The notes under the pieces are model-generated. The model was given only the letters and a program-made list of their open reading frames with translations, was not told the origin of the DNA and searched no databases. A stretch of 64,000 nt of DNA from Lama glama (taxonomy: Eukaryota), in the NCBI GenBank assembly GCA_028534125.1, contig CM052822.1:67518001-67582000 (forward strand), given 5' to 3'. Positions 23,721 through 36,030 of the stretch are shown one piece after another. A program made the translations under genes and the position numbers. Each line of letters opens with the position of its first letter. Position 1 is the stretch's first letter.

Positions 23721-25386
23721 AAGGAAGGAAAGGAAAGGAAAGAAAAAGTCAGAAGAAGAGGAGCCCTAGGAGGAGGCAGGAAGACCAGGCACGGAGGTTG
23801 GAGGAAAATAGGAGACTGAAGTGAGGACAGCCTGGGAGGAGATGGTCCAGCAAGAGTCTGTGGCCTGAGGCGTCACCTCTGCAGAAAGGTCACATAAATG
23901 TAAGGGGGAGACAAGGCAGACACACCACACCCCATGAGTGTGCTCTAGAAAAGATCTCCACCCTCCTTCCACAGATGCTGCTGCTGCGATGGGAAGCCTA
24001 GAATAGTCTCTGAAACCAGTGGCTCCATGAAAGAAAAGATGGCTTTGGGATTTCTGCCAGTGTTTTGTGTGACTGATGGGGGACACCCAGGGGTAGACTG
24101 TGTTTGGGTCTGGAAGGTGTCTCGAGGGCCCGGTGGGTAAGTACAGAGGGGCTCACCCCCAGGCACCCATCTCCCCATCACTGGAAAGAGAACATTGAGT
24201 AAAAATTGCCCGGTGTTGAGAATAAGTTATTTTCATGGGCCTTTGGTGACTTCAGAGGTAGAACTTTGGGATGGGCCTTGCAACTAAAAGAAGCTAAACT
24301 ATGGGAGGAAATTCAGGCAGGGAGCAAGGAGGCTCCAGCAACAAAGCGGGAGAGAGTGGCCAAGGACAGAGGCTGCTGGAAAGAGATTCCATGGGGCTAG
24401 TGGGGAGGGTCTCAGGAGCATGAGGGCAGATGCCCGTGTTCTCCTCTTCCACTTCTGTGCTCCCTGGAAGCATCTGTAGACTTGAATCAATGTCTCTCAC
24501 CCAGTGGCGCTGGCTGAGTGGTGTCCTTGGGAGTGAAGACAAGGGTATATGTTCATTTCTGGGAATGATGCAAATCTAAGAGAGCTCAGGCTGCCCTCGG
24601 GATGGGATAATTTAGAGATAAAATTGCAAGAGTTTAAAAACAGACATGTACCATAGCCCCTCGGAGGTGGGGTGATCCTCAGAAACACTGGGGATCACAC
24701 TGTACTCATACGTGTTACTTATACCTACATGCAGAACTTTCTTTATTAAAGGGTAAACTCAGGGAGCCAAAGGAACTAGGGACACTCAGGCCACTGAAGA
24801 ACTGAAATTGGTTATTGCGGTTGTCTGTGACCTTGACAAGAGCAGATTCAGTCTGGAGATGTGGCACAAACTAGCTCACAGTGAGCCGGGAGAGCATAGG
24901 TGGGGAGAAGGGGGAGGCAGCCGGTGTAGACAGCTTTTCAAGGTTCTTGGCTGAAAAAGAAGGAAAGACATAAGTAGTGGAAGTCATCTGCACAGAGGTG
25001 GTAAGGATTTTGGTTTGTTTTTAGATGGGAATGACTTCAGAATATTTAATTGATGGTGAGGGGGAAAACCAGTAGAGAAGGAAAAATGGAAGATTTAGGG
25101 GAGAAAATAAACACCAGCAGTGGGAATTGGTTGGATCTAGGACGCTGTGCTTCGGAAGGAACCCCATAACTGATGGGATGGGGGCTCAGCCCAGACACTG
25201 CTCAGGGTGATGGTCCAGCATTCCAACATAATCCTTGAGCCTTGGGAACTAATTGGCAGAATCTTTTTGCTGTACCATAACCCCTTAGGTGGTAGAGGGA
25301 CCCTCTGATGAATGGGTGACATTGCAGCAGACGGACATCTCACAGCCTCCTAAGTGTTACATAGTTGATTACGTTTAATTTTCACA

Positions 25387-25575
25387 NNNNNNNNNNNNNN
25401 NNNNNNNNNNNNNNNNNNNNNNNNNNNNNNNNNNNNNNNNNNNNNNNNNNNNNNNNNNNNNNNNNNNNNNNNNNNNNNNNNNNNNNNNNNNNNNNNNNNN
25501 NNNNNNNNNNNNNNNNNNNNNNNNNNNNNNNNNNNNNNNNNNNNNNNNNNNNNNNNNNNNNNNNNNNNNNNNNNN
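25387..25575. other. Assembly gap
   Basis: Run of N. Confidence 1.
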
Positions 25576-25638
25576 GGATTGAACCCAGGACCTCATGCAT
25601 GCTAAGCACACACATTACCACTGAGCTATACCCTCCCC
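25576..25638 (-). mobile_element. vic-1-type SINE (tail lost in the gap)
   Basis: ggattgaacccaggacctcatgcatgctaagcacacacattaccactgagctataccctcccc. Confidence 0.9.
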
Positions 25639-26272
25639 TGAGGTTTGGAGAGTTTGAGAACAAGCAGCAAGAGGCAGAGGAGAGAAACAAGCCTGGATCT
25701 TATTCTGAAGTTCACTTTCTTTTCACTCTAGCCCTTAGGAAATACACTCTAAGCCTCTAAATCAGGAAAATTATGTCCGATTACATACAGAATCACAAAA
25801 GTATGACCAGGCTTTTTTTCTGAGGCCTCCCTGGATTTTCAGAGTTATGGAAAAGCATCCCTTCATCTCCTGAACCCCAGAAACCTGAGCCTACATAACC
25901 TTTCCAGTTTACTCCTCTTGAAACCCAGAAACCTTGCACCATTGCTCCTAAGTTTCTCCCCTGGCCATGGAGCTTTAGAGCTGCTGAGACCCGTGGAAAC
26001 GTAACAAAGCAGATAAGAGAGCACTTCACTTGGCATGGGTGCCTCTCCTGCCTCAACTCTGGGAGCTGCCGTTCACACTTGAGGCACCTCCAACAAACCC
26101 CAGGAACACAGTTGAACAAACACAACCATTGGTCATGAGGTCTAACTTTTTTTTAATGAAGATACTGAAGCTCAGAGAAATACAGTGATCTGCCTAGGGT
26201 TAAACAGAGAGTTAAGCAAATTATAAATCCTAATAAGCTATTTATTTCACAGGTTCTAAATCCACCTTTCTC

Positions 26273-26706
26273 TGATAGAGACTGCTAGCTGCCTACCCAA
26301 CCCAACAGCAATGTTCTTTCTCCTCCTTGGGGTAATGGAACCCCAAATTTATTCTGAGTTGTGCTGTACCCTGCTAAAGGACTAAATTTCCCAAGCTCCC
26401 TTCACCTTGGTTTGGCTATTCAGTTCTAGCCAATGAGCTGTATGCAAAATTATAGTATGGTTCTTCCAGGAAGTCTCTTTGTCCGCTGCTTGGAAGTCAG
26501 ATGTGATGGCTAGAGCTCCAGCAGTCAATTTGGATCATGAGGAAGAAGTACACAGTTTAGGGAGGGCAGACAGCACTGGAAAGAACCTAAGTCCCTGAAG
26601 ATGGTAAAGCTAACAAAATAGAACTGGACTATGTACATGAGAAGAAAAGCAATTTAATATATCTTGGCTAAATTGCTGTTGTTGCAGCTGACTCTAAACT
26701 GATACA
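26273..26706 (+). mobile_element. MLT1J-type MaLR LTR
   Basis: agttctagccaatgag...cttccaggaagtct...gatgtgatggctagagctccagcagtc...ctgataca. Confidence 0.8.
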
Positions 26707-27270
26707 AATCAGGAACAGGTTCAACCGTTTTCCCTAAGCCCTAAGGACGATTCCCAACTGCATGGCCCAAGCACATATCTGGGGCCTGAGAAGGTATGAC
26801 CAGCAACTTTCCATTCACTCTCAAAGCCCCTGTGTGCTGTATTTCCTGAGGCAGGAGGCCAGCCTAGCTGCATTACTCAGTGCTTGGAGGACCAGGTCAT
26901 CTGAGCCACCAATACATGCTCATCAAGAATTTGTTCTCAGTCTACGTCTGGTCTCTATTTCCAGAACTCCCAAAGCTCAACCACTTCCTGAGCCTTGGAG
27001 CTGACGTCTTCCCTTAGCCTCAGAAAACCCCTGAGGTTGTGGGATTAGGAAATCCAAACAGGGGTCAAGGAAAATCACAGGATGTCTGGAAAAGAAACTA
27101 CTTAACCTTGTCCATAGACATGCAGTAAAAATATACTTAGTAGCCACAAGTGAGGCAAAATAAATCTGTAAATATAAAGAGATTAGAATCCAATAGTGAT
27201 AGAAATAGCTAGAATGGGATCCTCGAGACTTCAGTCAAGTTTCCCATTAAAGCAACAAATTCAGCCTTGC

Positions 27271-27770
27271 NNNNNNNNNNNNNNNNNNNNNNNNNNNNNN
27301 NNNNNNNNNNNNNNNNNNNNNNNNNNNNNNNNNNNNNNNNNNNNNNNNNNNNNNNNNNNNNNNNNNNNNNNNNNNNNNNNNNNNNNNNNNNNNNNNNNNN
27401 NNNNNNNNNNNNNNNNNNNNNNNNNNNNNNNNNNNNNNNNNNNNNNNNNNNNNNNNNNNNNNNNNNNNNNNNNNNNNNNNNNNNNNNNNNNNNNNNNNNN
27501 NNNNNNNNNNNNNNNNNNNNNNNNNNNNNNNNNNNNNNNNNNNNNNNNNNNNNNNNNNNNNNNNNNNNNNNNNNNNNNNNNNNNNNNNNNNNNNNNNNNN
27601 NNNNNNNNNNNNNNNNNNNNNNNNNNNNNNNNNNNNNNNNNNNNNNNNNNNNNNNNNNNNNNNNNNNNNNNNNNNNNNNNNNNNNNNNNNNNNNNNNNNN
27701 NNNNNNNNNNNNNNNNNNNNNNNNNNNNNNNNNNNNNNNNNNNNNNNNNNNNNNNNNNNNNNNNNNNNNN
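27271..27770. other. Assembly gap (exactly 500 N, likely a placeholder)
   Basis: Run of N. Confidence 1.
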
Positions 27771-27983
27771 TTCACTCCTGTGTGCACATCTGTGTCCAGC
27801 TCTCCCCTTTCCATAAGGACACCGGTCATACTGGATTAGGGCCCACCTTACTCAAGTGTGACCTCATTCTAATTTAGCGAAGTACACTTGCTATGAACCT
27901 ATTTCCAAATAAGGTCACATTCTGAGGTAGTGGAGGTTAGGACCTTGACATATGAGGGTGGGGGCACAATTTAGCCCATAACA
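27771..27983 (-). mobile_element. MLT1B/C MaLR LTR 5' half
   Basis: ataaggacaccggtcatactggattagggccc...tttccaaataaggtcacattctgagg...cccataaca. Confidence 0.85.
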
Positions 27984-28409
27984 GTGTGTTACAACTGGGA
28001 GGCGTAACTGCTATCCTTTGACACAAGTTGGCCACTGGGCAGGCAAGCTACATCTTAGCATGGACACCTTTCTCTGGAACCTCCATGTTCCCACCCACTG
28101 CTCCCGATTCAACCCAGCAAAGGCATCCTTCTTCATTTCTCCCTGAACACACGGCTCTAAAGGGTACTCTTGCTTCCTGCCAACAGTGATACTAATCACC
28201 ATGTTGTCCCACTCTGTCATTTGTCCCAATTTCCCTCCCCCATCCCTGCTCAGCCAGCGGATCCTGCCCTAGTCCCCTCTCCCTCTTTTGTCCTCACATG
28301 GACTCAGACCAGGAAGTCCCTAACTACCCCATGACAAGAACTCATAAACTGAATCATCAGCACAAAAGAACAAAACGCTTCCATCCACATGGCTGAGTTA
28401 CCCTGCCAC

Positions 28410-28610
28410 GAGCAAGAGTCCTGCCCGGCCACTCACTAGTCGGGTAACACTGAGGGACTTGACCTTCCTGCAGCTGCGCCCCTGCCAGCAAATTGGGAAC
28501 AATAATAGTAACCTACTTCCTAGAGTTAAATGATATAAAGCATGTGGAACCCTTAGCAGAGGGTCTAAAACAGAGCACCTATTCAATAAACGCCATCTGT
28601 TAATATTTTT
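28410..28610 (+). mobile_element. MIR SINE
   Basis: aataatagtaacctacttcctagagttaaatgatat...cttagcagag...ttcaataaac. Confidence 0.75.
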
Positions 28611-29949
28611 AATATTCCACGTGTTACTCCTTTATACATTCTCCCATCTTATCCAGTTAGGAGCGAAGCCCGGCTGTGCTCGACCTCCCACCAGCCTCTA
28701 GATTAATGCGAGGCCCTCACGGGGGCTCCGCTGTGCGCCTTACTTAGCAGTGCCTCTGTGACTCCTGCCTCCTCCCTGGCCTGCCCTGCTATCACCCACG
28801 GGCGGGCGCAGCTCAGCTCCTGGGTTGCCCGGGGCAAAGCTCTCTGTAGGACAGCCCCCAGCACTCTCTGCCTCAGCCTATTCCTAGGACCTCTCTTAAC
28901 TTAGGGCCTTCAGGAGAACACTCCCCACCCCAAAAGCAGCACTTCTAAAATACTTCTTCAAAAGTGAATGACTCAGTCAATAATGTTGATGTGCTCTGTG
29001 AAATTGTAGGACAAAGTCAAGTTACATTATCCATGTCATTAAACACACACAAATTGCATTCCCCTCTAAACTCGGGCATCAAAGCATCCAGCTGAGGGCT
29101 GGACAGAGTGTTTGTGAGAAACTCTTTCAGCTAAGAAGGAAGGACAGAAAAGTCTGGGAGCAAATCTCTGTGGGAAGACAGATTGTGTAGTTTGTCTTGG
29201 AGCATCTTGGTCAGGAATTCCACTCCCAATACTATCTGGACGTGGCACGAACCAGAAAACAGCAAAACCTTAAACATTTCTAAAAAAATGCATCAAAGTG
29301 TGTTACGTATGATTCTTGTGGAACCTGCCGCCACAATAGGAGGAAGGTTTACGTTTCTTATTTGTAATAACAACAATGATGAGAAGAACAGCTAACCTTT
29401 CATCATGTGCCGACTGTGATCCAGGCACTGTTGTGTTTTGCCTGGTTTGATTCATGTGATTTGCCCAATTAATTTTTAGTGAAGGAGGTGCTCAGGTAGG
29501 AGGGCTCAGTCCCGAAGCTGAGTAACCCTAGGCCTCTGCGTTCTCTCTATAAAGTGAGGATAATACCCATCTAATAGCTTAAATGAAGTCTCGCAGGTAG
29601 AGCTCTTTAGCCCAAGATTTTCCATGGCAATTTCACAGATACAGAGAACTGAATGACACGTTTGAAAAATATGTGCTGTATTAATTAAAAAACAACAACA
29701 GGAAATGGAAAATTTTGAGATCCCTTTCTGGAGTATTTCCATCGGCCCTTCAACAAGCCTGTCCTGGTGGAGGTGAACTTGGAGGGCTGTTTGATCTCCT
29801 GATCCCGGGAGCCAGTCTCTGCTAAGCCTGGCGTCACCCCACATCAAAGGAGACAACGTGAAGTCAGAGGAGCCGAAATGCTGCCCACACTTCAAAGGGA
29901 GCTCCTCTTCCGGAAGTTGTTAGAGCCTTTCAAGGAGGGTAAACAGCAA

Positions 29950-32170
29950 TACACCTCAGGGGACTCGCAGCCGCATCCAACTGGCTTCCCCGCGGGGACG
30001 CGGACCTTTCCGGGACGCAAACAGTACACCCGAGAAGGAAGACGCCGCTCGGTGTAGAGGCTGCTGGCCCCACGCCTTCCTAACTTGCCCGCACATTAGC
30101 GAGCAGCCAGGAAGCCCCACCACAGAGCGGACCATCAGTAACGTTTGGCCACGCGCGGCGTTGCCCCGTTTTCCTTTCTGCCGCTGTCAAGTCCATACCC
30201 ACGGCTCTGGTTCCCGGGCTTTCCGTCCTTTGGCTTGCATATCGGATACCTCTGTGTTTAAAAATCAGAAGTAAAACACTGTTTCACCGGGGATGGGGGG
30301 TGGGGGAGAGTGTAAGGGGTATGGTGGTGAAGGAGGCACCTAGAACGATCCTGAACAGGTGCCCTGGGCCCAGCATTTGAAGCCCCTCCTCCCTGCCCTC
30401 CTGCAGTGGGCCCTTGGCTAAACCGGTAGTGGACACACGGGTCATCACGCCGATCCCCACCTGTCTGTGGGCCAGTTTTTAGCGAGAGGCAGGCTAAAGT
30501 TTCCCAGCGCTCCCTTTTATAGCCAGCGAGGCGGAGGACCCTCTTGTGGGCCCGGGGTACCCCTGGTGGACTCGCTTGGCGCGCTCATACTCCCGCGATC
30601 CAACGCAAGACCCTGAAGCATCCCCTTTGATCCTCGCGTGTTCATACCCTCTTCACACCCTGTTCACCCCCCAGCCTGCTGGCACCTTCCAGACCCTTGA
30701 AGAACCTTCCGTCCTCGCAGACTCGCGTCCCTCAGACCCCTTCACAGCCCCTCAACCCCGCGCATTCACATCCTCCTGCCTCCTCCCCACCTCGCGAGTT
30801 AACATTCCCTGGGTCCTGCGCACCTCTCCAACCCCAACGCGTTCACACCCTCCTCACCCCCGGCCCACAGCCCCGACTCCCCGCGAGCTCGCATCCCAGA
30901 ACCTGAACACATCCCAGATTCCCGTAGGGTCACACCTCCTCCCCTCCTCCCCTCGCACCCCCCAGCCTCCTCGCACCTCCGGCCGATCCGGCGCCGGGCG
31001 GGGGCTGGATGCGGAGACGTGCCGCACGTGCGCCGCGCGGCGATTGGCAGCGCCGGCCCCGCCCGCGCGCCCGCGCCCCAGCTGAGCTCTCCATCCGGAT
31101 TGCACAGGGGCGTCCCGAGTTCCCGCGGCTGCAGCTGGTCTGGAGCGAGGGGGACTGCTAGGGCGCACAGGCCGGGCCGCAGGGTTCGCCGCCTGGGAGG
31201 CCGAGGGACAATGACAGCCTGAGGGAAGTGAGGAGTCGGGTAGGGGGAAGAAGCTAGAAAGCGCCCCTAACAGCACCTGCATTCTTTAGCTTGGTGGTGC
31301 TAAAATAAGCTAGCTCTCAGGAGCTGTAGATGCTGTTCCTGCTGAAGGAAATACTTTATGTAAGAGTTGAAAAAAAAAAGTTCCACTTTATTCAGGTGTT
31401 GACGGGGGCCCAGTGCATTTAAATCCCAGCGGTCTTCAGGCCACTGAGGGCGGGAAGTGCTAAGAAGGAGCTTGCGCATTTTAACGCAGCGAGTGCGGGC
31501 CTAAGAAAGTGACGGAGGCACAGCTCGCGTGGCCCTGAGAGTGATGCTCCGCCTCTGAGTGGAGGACCATAAAGACGTCCTTTAAGGGGCCGGTGATGGC
31601 TGGGTTTAGCTGTGGAACGTTTCCCCAAAGAGGCGATTTGAGCGGAGGCTACGGATTCCGAGCCTAGGACTAGAACTGCAGCCCAGACTGAGCGCGCGGA
31701 GAAGGGTGCGCCCAGCGACTGACAGGGGTCGGGGGCGGCAAAGACGCAATCAGCTCTAAGTGGTTCTCCGGGGCGAAACGCAGCGGAGCTGTCTCTCCTC
31801 AGCTCAGCAGCAGGCAGCCAATGAGAGAGAGGCGCAGAGGGGTCCGGAACCAATGGAAACCTGCCTCCTGCGGAGGACTTGCCACTGGAAATATTTATGG
31901 AGACCTGGCCAAGCGCTTTCTCTTGGGGGCTGCTTTTCCAGAAGCCCAGGACAGGAGAATTTCAAGGACCAAAATACCGGGAGCGAGTTCATCTATTCAT
32001 TCCTTTGGATTAGAGCGCCTGCTGTTTGGAAGGCACACGCCGTGGCCCGTGACCGGGCAAAGGAAGAAAGGGAGGACGGCAGAGGGGCGGGAACGCGCTT
32101 CCGGTCCCGAGCATCTGGGAAGCTGAAGAAGGGTTTCTTCGGCTGTTCTGTGTTCCGCGTTACTCTCCCA
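29950..32170. promoter_or_regulatory. CpG island with no adjacent coding exon (orphan CGI; promoter/enhancer)
   Basis: High GC and dense CpG, repeat-free. Motifs: TATAAAAG on minus (30521-30514), CACGTG 31025-31030, inverted CCAAT about 31043, GC box 31057-31064, CCAAT 31818 and 31850, GC box about 32084, ETS about 32098, TATAAA 32172. Confidence 0.85.
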
Positions 32171-32189
32171 CTATAAACGTTAGCATCTT

Positions 32190-32405
32190 GCATTTGTGTC
32201 GTGCTTTACAGTTTCTAAATTGCTTTCACATGCGTGATTTTATTTGGTAATCATTACAACCTCAAAGAAGCGTATTATTACTCATACTTTGCCAATGAGA
32301 AAAGTGAGGCTCAGAAAAATGAAATCATGTACCCAAAGTGACAGTTAGTGATAGAATTGGGACTAGAACTCAGGTGTCCTGACTACAAATCCAGGGCTCT
32401 TTAAA
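32190..32405 (-). mobile_element. MIR SINE
   Basis: atgagaaaagtgaggctcagaaa...gggactagaactcaggtgtcctgact. Confidence 0.8.
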
Positions 32406-32989
32406 TTGATTAAAGGAAGGAGAGCAGGCCTGCTTTACAGATCCTGGTGCCAGGGGTACACCCAGCAATTAAAATGAAATCCAGAAGGACTGGATTAAAA
32501 TTTTTTGTTTAACTTAGTCATTTTGTTTAACTTAAATTGCCCCTTGAAACACGGGTTAGCTGTGCGATTATACACCAATGTGTGCAGAAGGGATTCCATT
32601 GACCTTCTGCTAGGAAAGTCAGTGCCATAGGTAAAAGCAGAATGAGTAGACTGAGGATGGGTTACCAACTGTGGATTTCCTCCTCACTCACACCCCTCAG
32701 GCCAGCTGGAGACCCGGGGCTCTCTCTGTCTTCTTTCATATTGGTCCCTAGCCAGAGACACTGCTTCCTGTCCCATGGGCTGGGCTCTGCCTGCCTAAAA
32801 TAGGCTACACCCAAGGGGACCTCTGAGGCCTCCACCTCAGCCACAGCCATCACCCCAGCCCTGAGGAAACAAAAAGTCCCACCCTTCCCCTGGCCACAAT
32901 GACATTGTTGAAAGGAATTTTGCTCCCAGAGGATTTGTCACTCTGGGACTGGCTGTGTCTCTGCCCTAGTGCCAGATGAAGCCTGTTCA

Positions 32990-33175
32990 GCAAAGTGGCT
33001 AACCCTTGATGGTGCATGTCCCACACAGTCATCTGCTGAGAGCTTTTAAAATGCACATCACTGAGCACATCTCTGGACTGGGATTCAGGAGGTCCTGGAT
33101 GTGTGTTAGTTCTTTTGTTTTGTTTTAAATACTCCAAAGTGATTCAGATGTCCAGCCAGGTTGGGAACTCACAGA
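32990..33175. mobile_element. MER5B/MER5A-type hAT MITE
   Basis: gagcttttaaaatgcac...gtgattcagatgtccagccaggttgggaac. Confidence 0.7.
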
Positions 33176-33564
33176 TGTAGAAAGACTTCCATCTGAAAAT
33201 AGGAGATAACTCAAGGGTGAAATTGGCGATTATTTGACAAATGAGAAACCTGTCATTCAGATGTTCATACTGCCTAAGAATGTGCAGAAGGATAACTCCA
33301 TTCAGAAGAGAACCCAAAAGGGAACTAAAACCCCTCATAGTAGGAAAATTCTGTATTGAGTAATCTAAGACCTTAGAGGAACATAGGGCTAGGGAACCAA
33401 GAATGAGTGGTACCTTACTTTCACTAAAATAAAAATTTAAGGTCAATACTTACTCTAAATAGAGATAAGGTCAATCTGACATCTTACACATCTTACACAA
33501 CTTCTGTCCTCATCAGTGGACACTGCTTGTTATTTCCATTCATCATACCTTACTCTCTAGACTG

Positions 33565-33841
33565 ACGCTGTCCAATACAGTCACATGTGGCTGTGGGGCA
33601 CGTGAAATGTGGGTAGTCCAAGTTGAGAAGTGCTGTCAGTCCAAAACGTACACTAGATTTCAAAGACTTAGTAAGGAAAAAAGTGCAATAGCTCATAACA
33701 CCCTTAATGTGGATTACCTAATAAAACAATTTTTGGATCTGTTGAATTAAATCAAATATATTATTAAAATTAGTTTCACCTGGTTTTTTTTTTTAACTTG
33801 TTTTAATGTGACTACTAGAAAGTTTTAAATTACATGTATGG
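33565..33841. mobile_element. MER33 (hAT-Charlie)
   Basis: gctgtccaata...cacatgtggct...gatttcaaagacttagta...aatatattattaaaattagtttcacctg...ttttaatgtgactactagaaa. Confidence 0.85.
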
Positions 33842-34254
33842 ATTACAGGGGCTGAAAACATTCTTGATCTGGGTGAAGGAGATATATGTGTATGTGGGTG
33901 GGTGTTGAAATTCATCAGACTGTGCCCTAAACTTTGTGCACTGTTCTGCTATATATAAATCAAAGTCAGTTTTAAAAGTTAAAAAAAAAACGAACAATGG
34001 TTTCCTATTGCATTTAGAGCAATATCTGAGCCCTCTCCTTGGCCATCAAGACCCAGCCCACTTCTCTACTCATCGGATATCACTCTCCCCAGGGCTCACT
34101 GGCCATGCTGCTTCTCACCTGTGCCTGGCTCGTGCCCACTTCTGGGCACTGGCAGTTGCCTTTTCCTCTGCTTCAAAGGTTTTCCCTGAAGATCTTTATA
34201 ATCGTTCATATCTGAGTTCAAACACCACCACCCCTTTTTCCTTGAGCATCTACA

Positions 34255-34700
34255 TCTGTTAGAATGTCTTTGGTCAGAAGAAACAAGAAACCCAAGTTGG
34301 CTTAAACATTGAAGAGTATTGACTTGTGGAACTAAAAAGTTCAGAAGCCAATCAGGCTCCAGTCAGGGCCCTGGATCCTTGTCTCTGTGACCCTCTGGGT
34401 GCTCCCCTCTTCCATGGGTCCCCTGTGTCCTCTACAAAGAGGCTGCAGCAGTCCTCACCCAGAAAGAGTTGCTCTGCAAAACTCAAAGTACTACTGGACT
34501 TCACTTAACCCATCACTTAGCCGAGGAGAATTCCACGTGCTGATTGGCGTATCCCTGAACCAATCACTGCTGACAGGAGTCTGATTAGGCTTAGGCAGTT
34601 AAGGCCCCATCCCAGCCAAATCTCAAGGCTGCCGCGTATTTGGGAGATGCCGGTGGGTGCTGGAGAGAAAGCCAGCAACATCCACTAAGCCACCCTACCA
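34255..34700 (-). mobile_element. MLT1K/L-type MaLR LTR
   Basis: agaaacccaagttggcttaaaca...ctgattggc...atccctgaaccaatcactg. Confidence 0.7.
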
Positions 34701-34703
34701 CCC

Positions 34704-34883
34704 CAGGGCTTGGTAAACTTTGTAAAGGGCCAAATAGTAGGTAATTCGGCTTTGTGTGCCTCCTAAGTGGTTGTTTTGTTTTATAATCTTTGAAAAGTAT
34801 AAAAATCATTCTTAGCTCATGGGTCTTACAAAAATGGGCTAGGGGCTGGATTTTGCCCAAGGGTCATAGTTTGCCAACCCCTG
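34704..34883 (+). mobile_element. MER58 (hAT-Charlie)
   Basis: Termini cagggcttggtaaact and agtttgccaacccctg; internal gtaaagggccaaatagta. Confidence 0.85.
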
Positions 34884-35869
34884 AACTAGACGATTATGAT
34901 GCTTGTGGTGTCTAAATTTATCTTGTTAATTTGTTTCCCTAACTATAATACAAGCTCTGTGAGAGCAGGAACTGTGTCTGTCTTATTCATCAGTCTTCTC
35001 AACACCTAAAATAGTGCTGGGCACACAGTGGATGCTCCGGAAGTGCCCACTGGATGAATGACAAAGGAAACTTCATTGCAGAGCACATCAGGACCCAGTG
35101 CCTGGCTCTGACATGGGTTTTTTCGCTCTCCTTGTCTAGGGGACACAGCTGCCCCAATACTGATCGACTCAGGGATGGGCGGGGCTGCTACTGGCCCACA
35201 AATCAGGAAAAGGTAACCCCTTTTAGCTGCTGCAGCCCAGCACCCAGGACCATCATGAGTGGGTGAGGACTGGATTCCAGCCCCCACCTGCTGCCTTGGA
35301 GATCATCCTTGGATAAGACACATTTTGCATGATTGTGAAAAGGACTCTGGGATGGAGTTCTGAGTTGGCATTCTAAGACCTCAGCTTTTATTGTTCCCAC
35401 ACCTCGATGGAAAAATCCTCTGATTGTGTTCTGCCTACTTTTACTCTCTTGTCTTTCACCAGCTCCCAATTCCCTCTTTTCCCACTTTTCTTCAACAAAA
35501 TGACTACAGTTTCCATGCTTTGAACTGAAATTCTCATGTGGTACTTGGAAGTGCAACCAAGTGTAATAGGATGCAGCATAGGGGGAATTGAGGTTAGGGA
35601 GGGATTTCTGTCCTGTGTTTACTACACCTCATGAAAGACAGTGGGAAACGAGAAAAGGGACCAGCCAAAGTTGCCAAGGAAATGGGAAAGTGGCCATAAA
35701 AACACGGAGTCAGACGCTGAGTGCTCTTCCATTGGGGAAGATAAAGGCTCAGAAGGAAAGCCGTCTGTTTGCTCACGAATGTTATGGTTGGGGTGGTCAT
35801 GAACTCGGCTGCCTGATCCTGAGCTACAACCAAGAAGAGGGTTGGAGGGCTGCGGGCTCTGCTTAATGC

Positions 35870-36030
35870 TTAAGAGAATTATGTTTAGGAATAATAAAAG
35901 AGACTCCTACTTCACTTGGTGGGTGGTAAGCTCATGGAACTTATTAACCCAAGCAGGAGTCAGGCTGGAAATTAAAATGCCCAGTGTGCTGCGGAAGACT
36001 CTGCTGTTGACAGACTATAATGACTTAGGC
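35870..36030 (+). mobile_element. Ancient CR1-class LINE 3' fragment (L3b/Plat_L3-like)
   Basis: Translates as FRNNKRDSYFTWWVVSSWNLLTQ, resembling the CR1 C-terminal FRTNKRKYYFTQRVVNLWNSLPQ. Confidence 0.6.

Larger units (their letters stand above)
33995..35062 (+). mobile_element. L2 3' region interrupted by MLT1K and MER58
   Basis: caatggtttcctattgcatttaga at the start; aagctctgtgagagcaggaactgtgtctgtcttattca...gggcacacagtggatgctc...gatgaatga at the end. Confidence 0.75.

Noticed and set aside
27196-27839. Long ORFs of X residues (also around 4047, 13604, 25387, 46390, 51980)
   Set aside because: Artefacts of translating assembly gaps.
31299-31310. MEF2 site CTAAAATAAG
   Set aside because: Mismatch at a conserved position of YTAWWWWTAR; too weak to call alone.
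30546-32176. 138-179 aa Pro/Arg/Ala-rich ORFs in the CpG island
   Set aside because: Expected by chance in GC-rich DNA, overlapping on both strands, and no recognisable domain.
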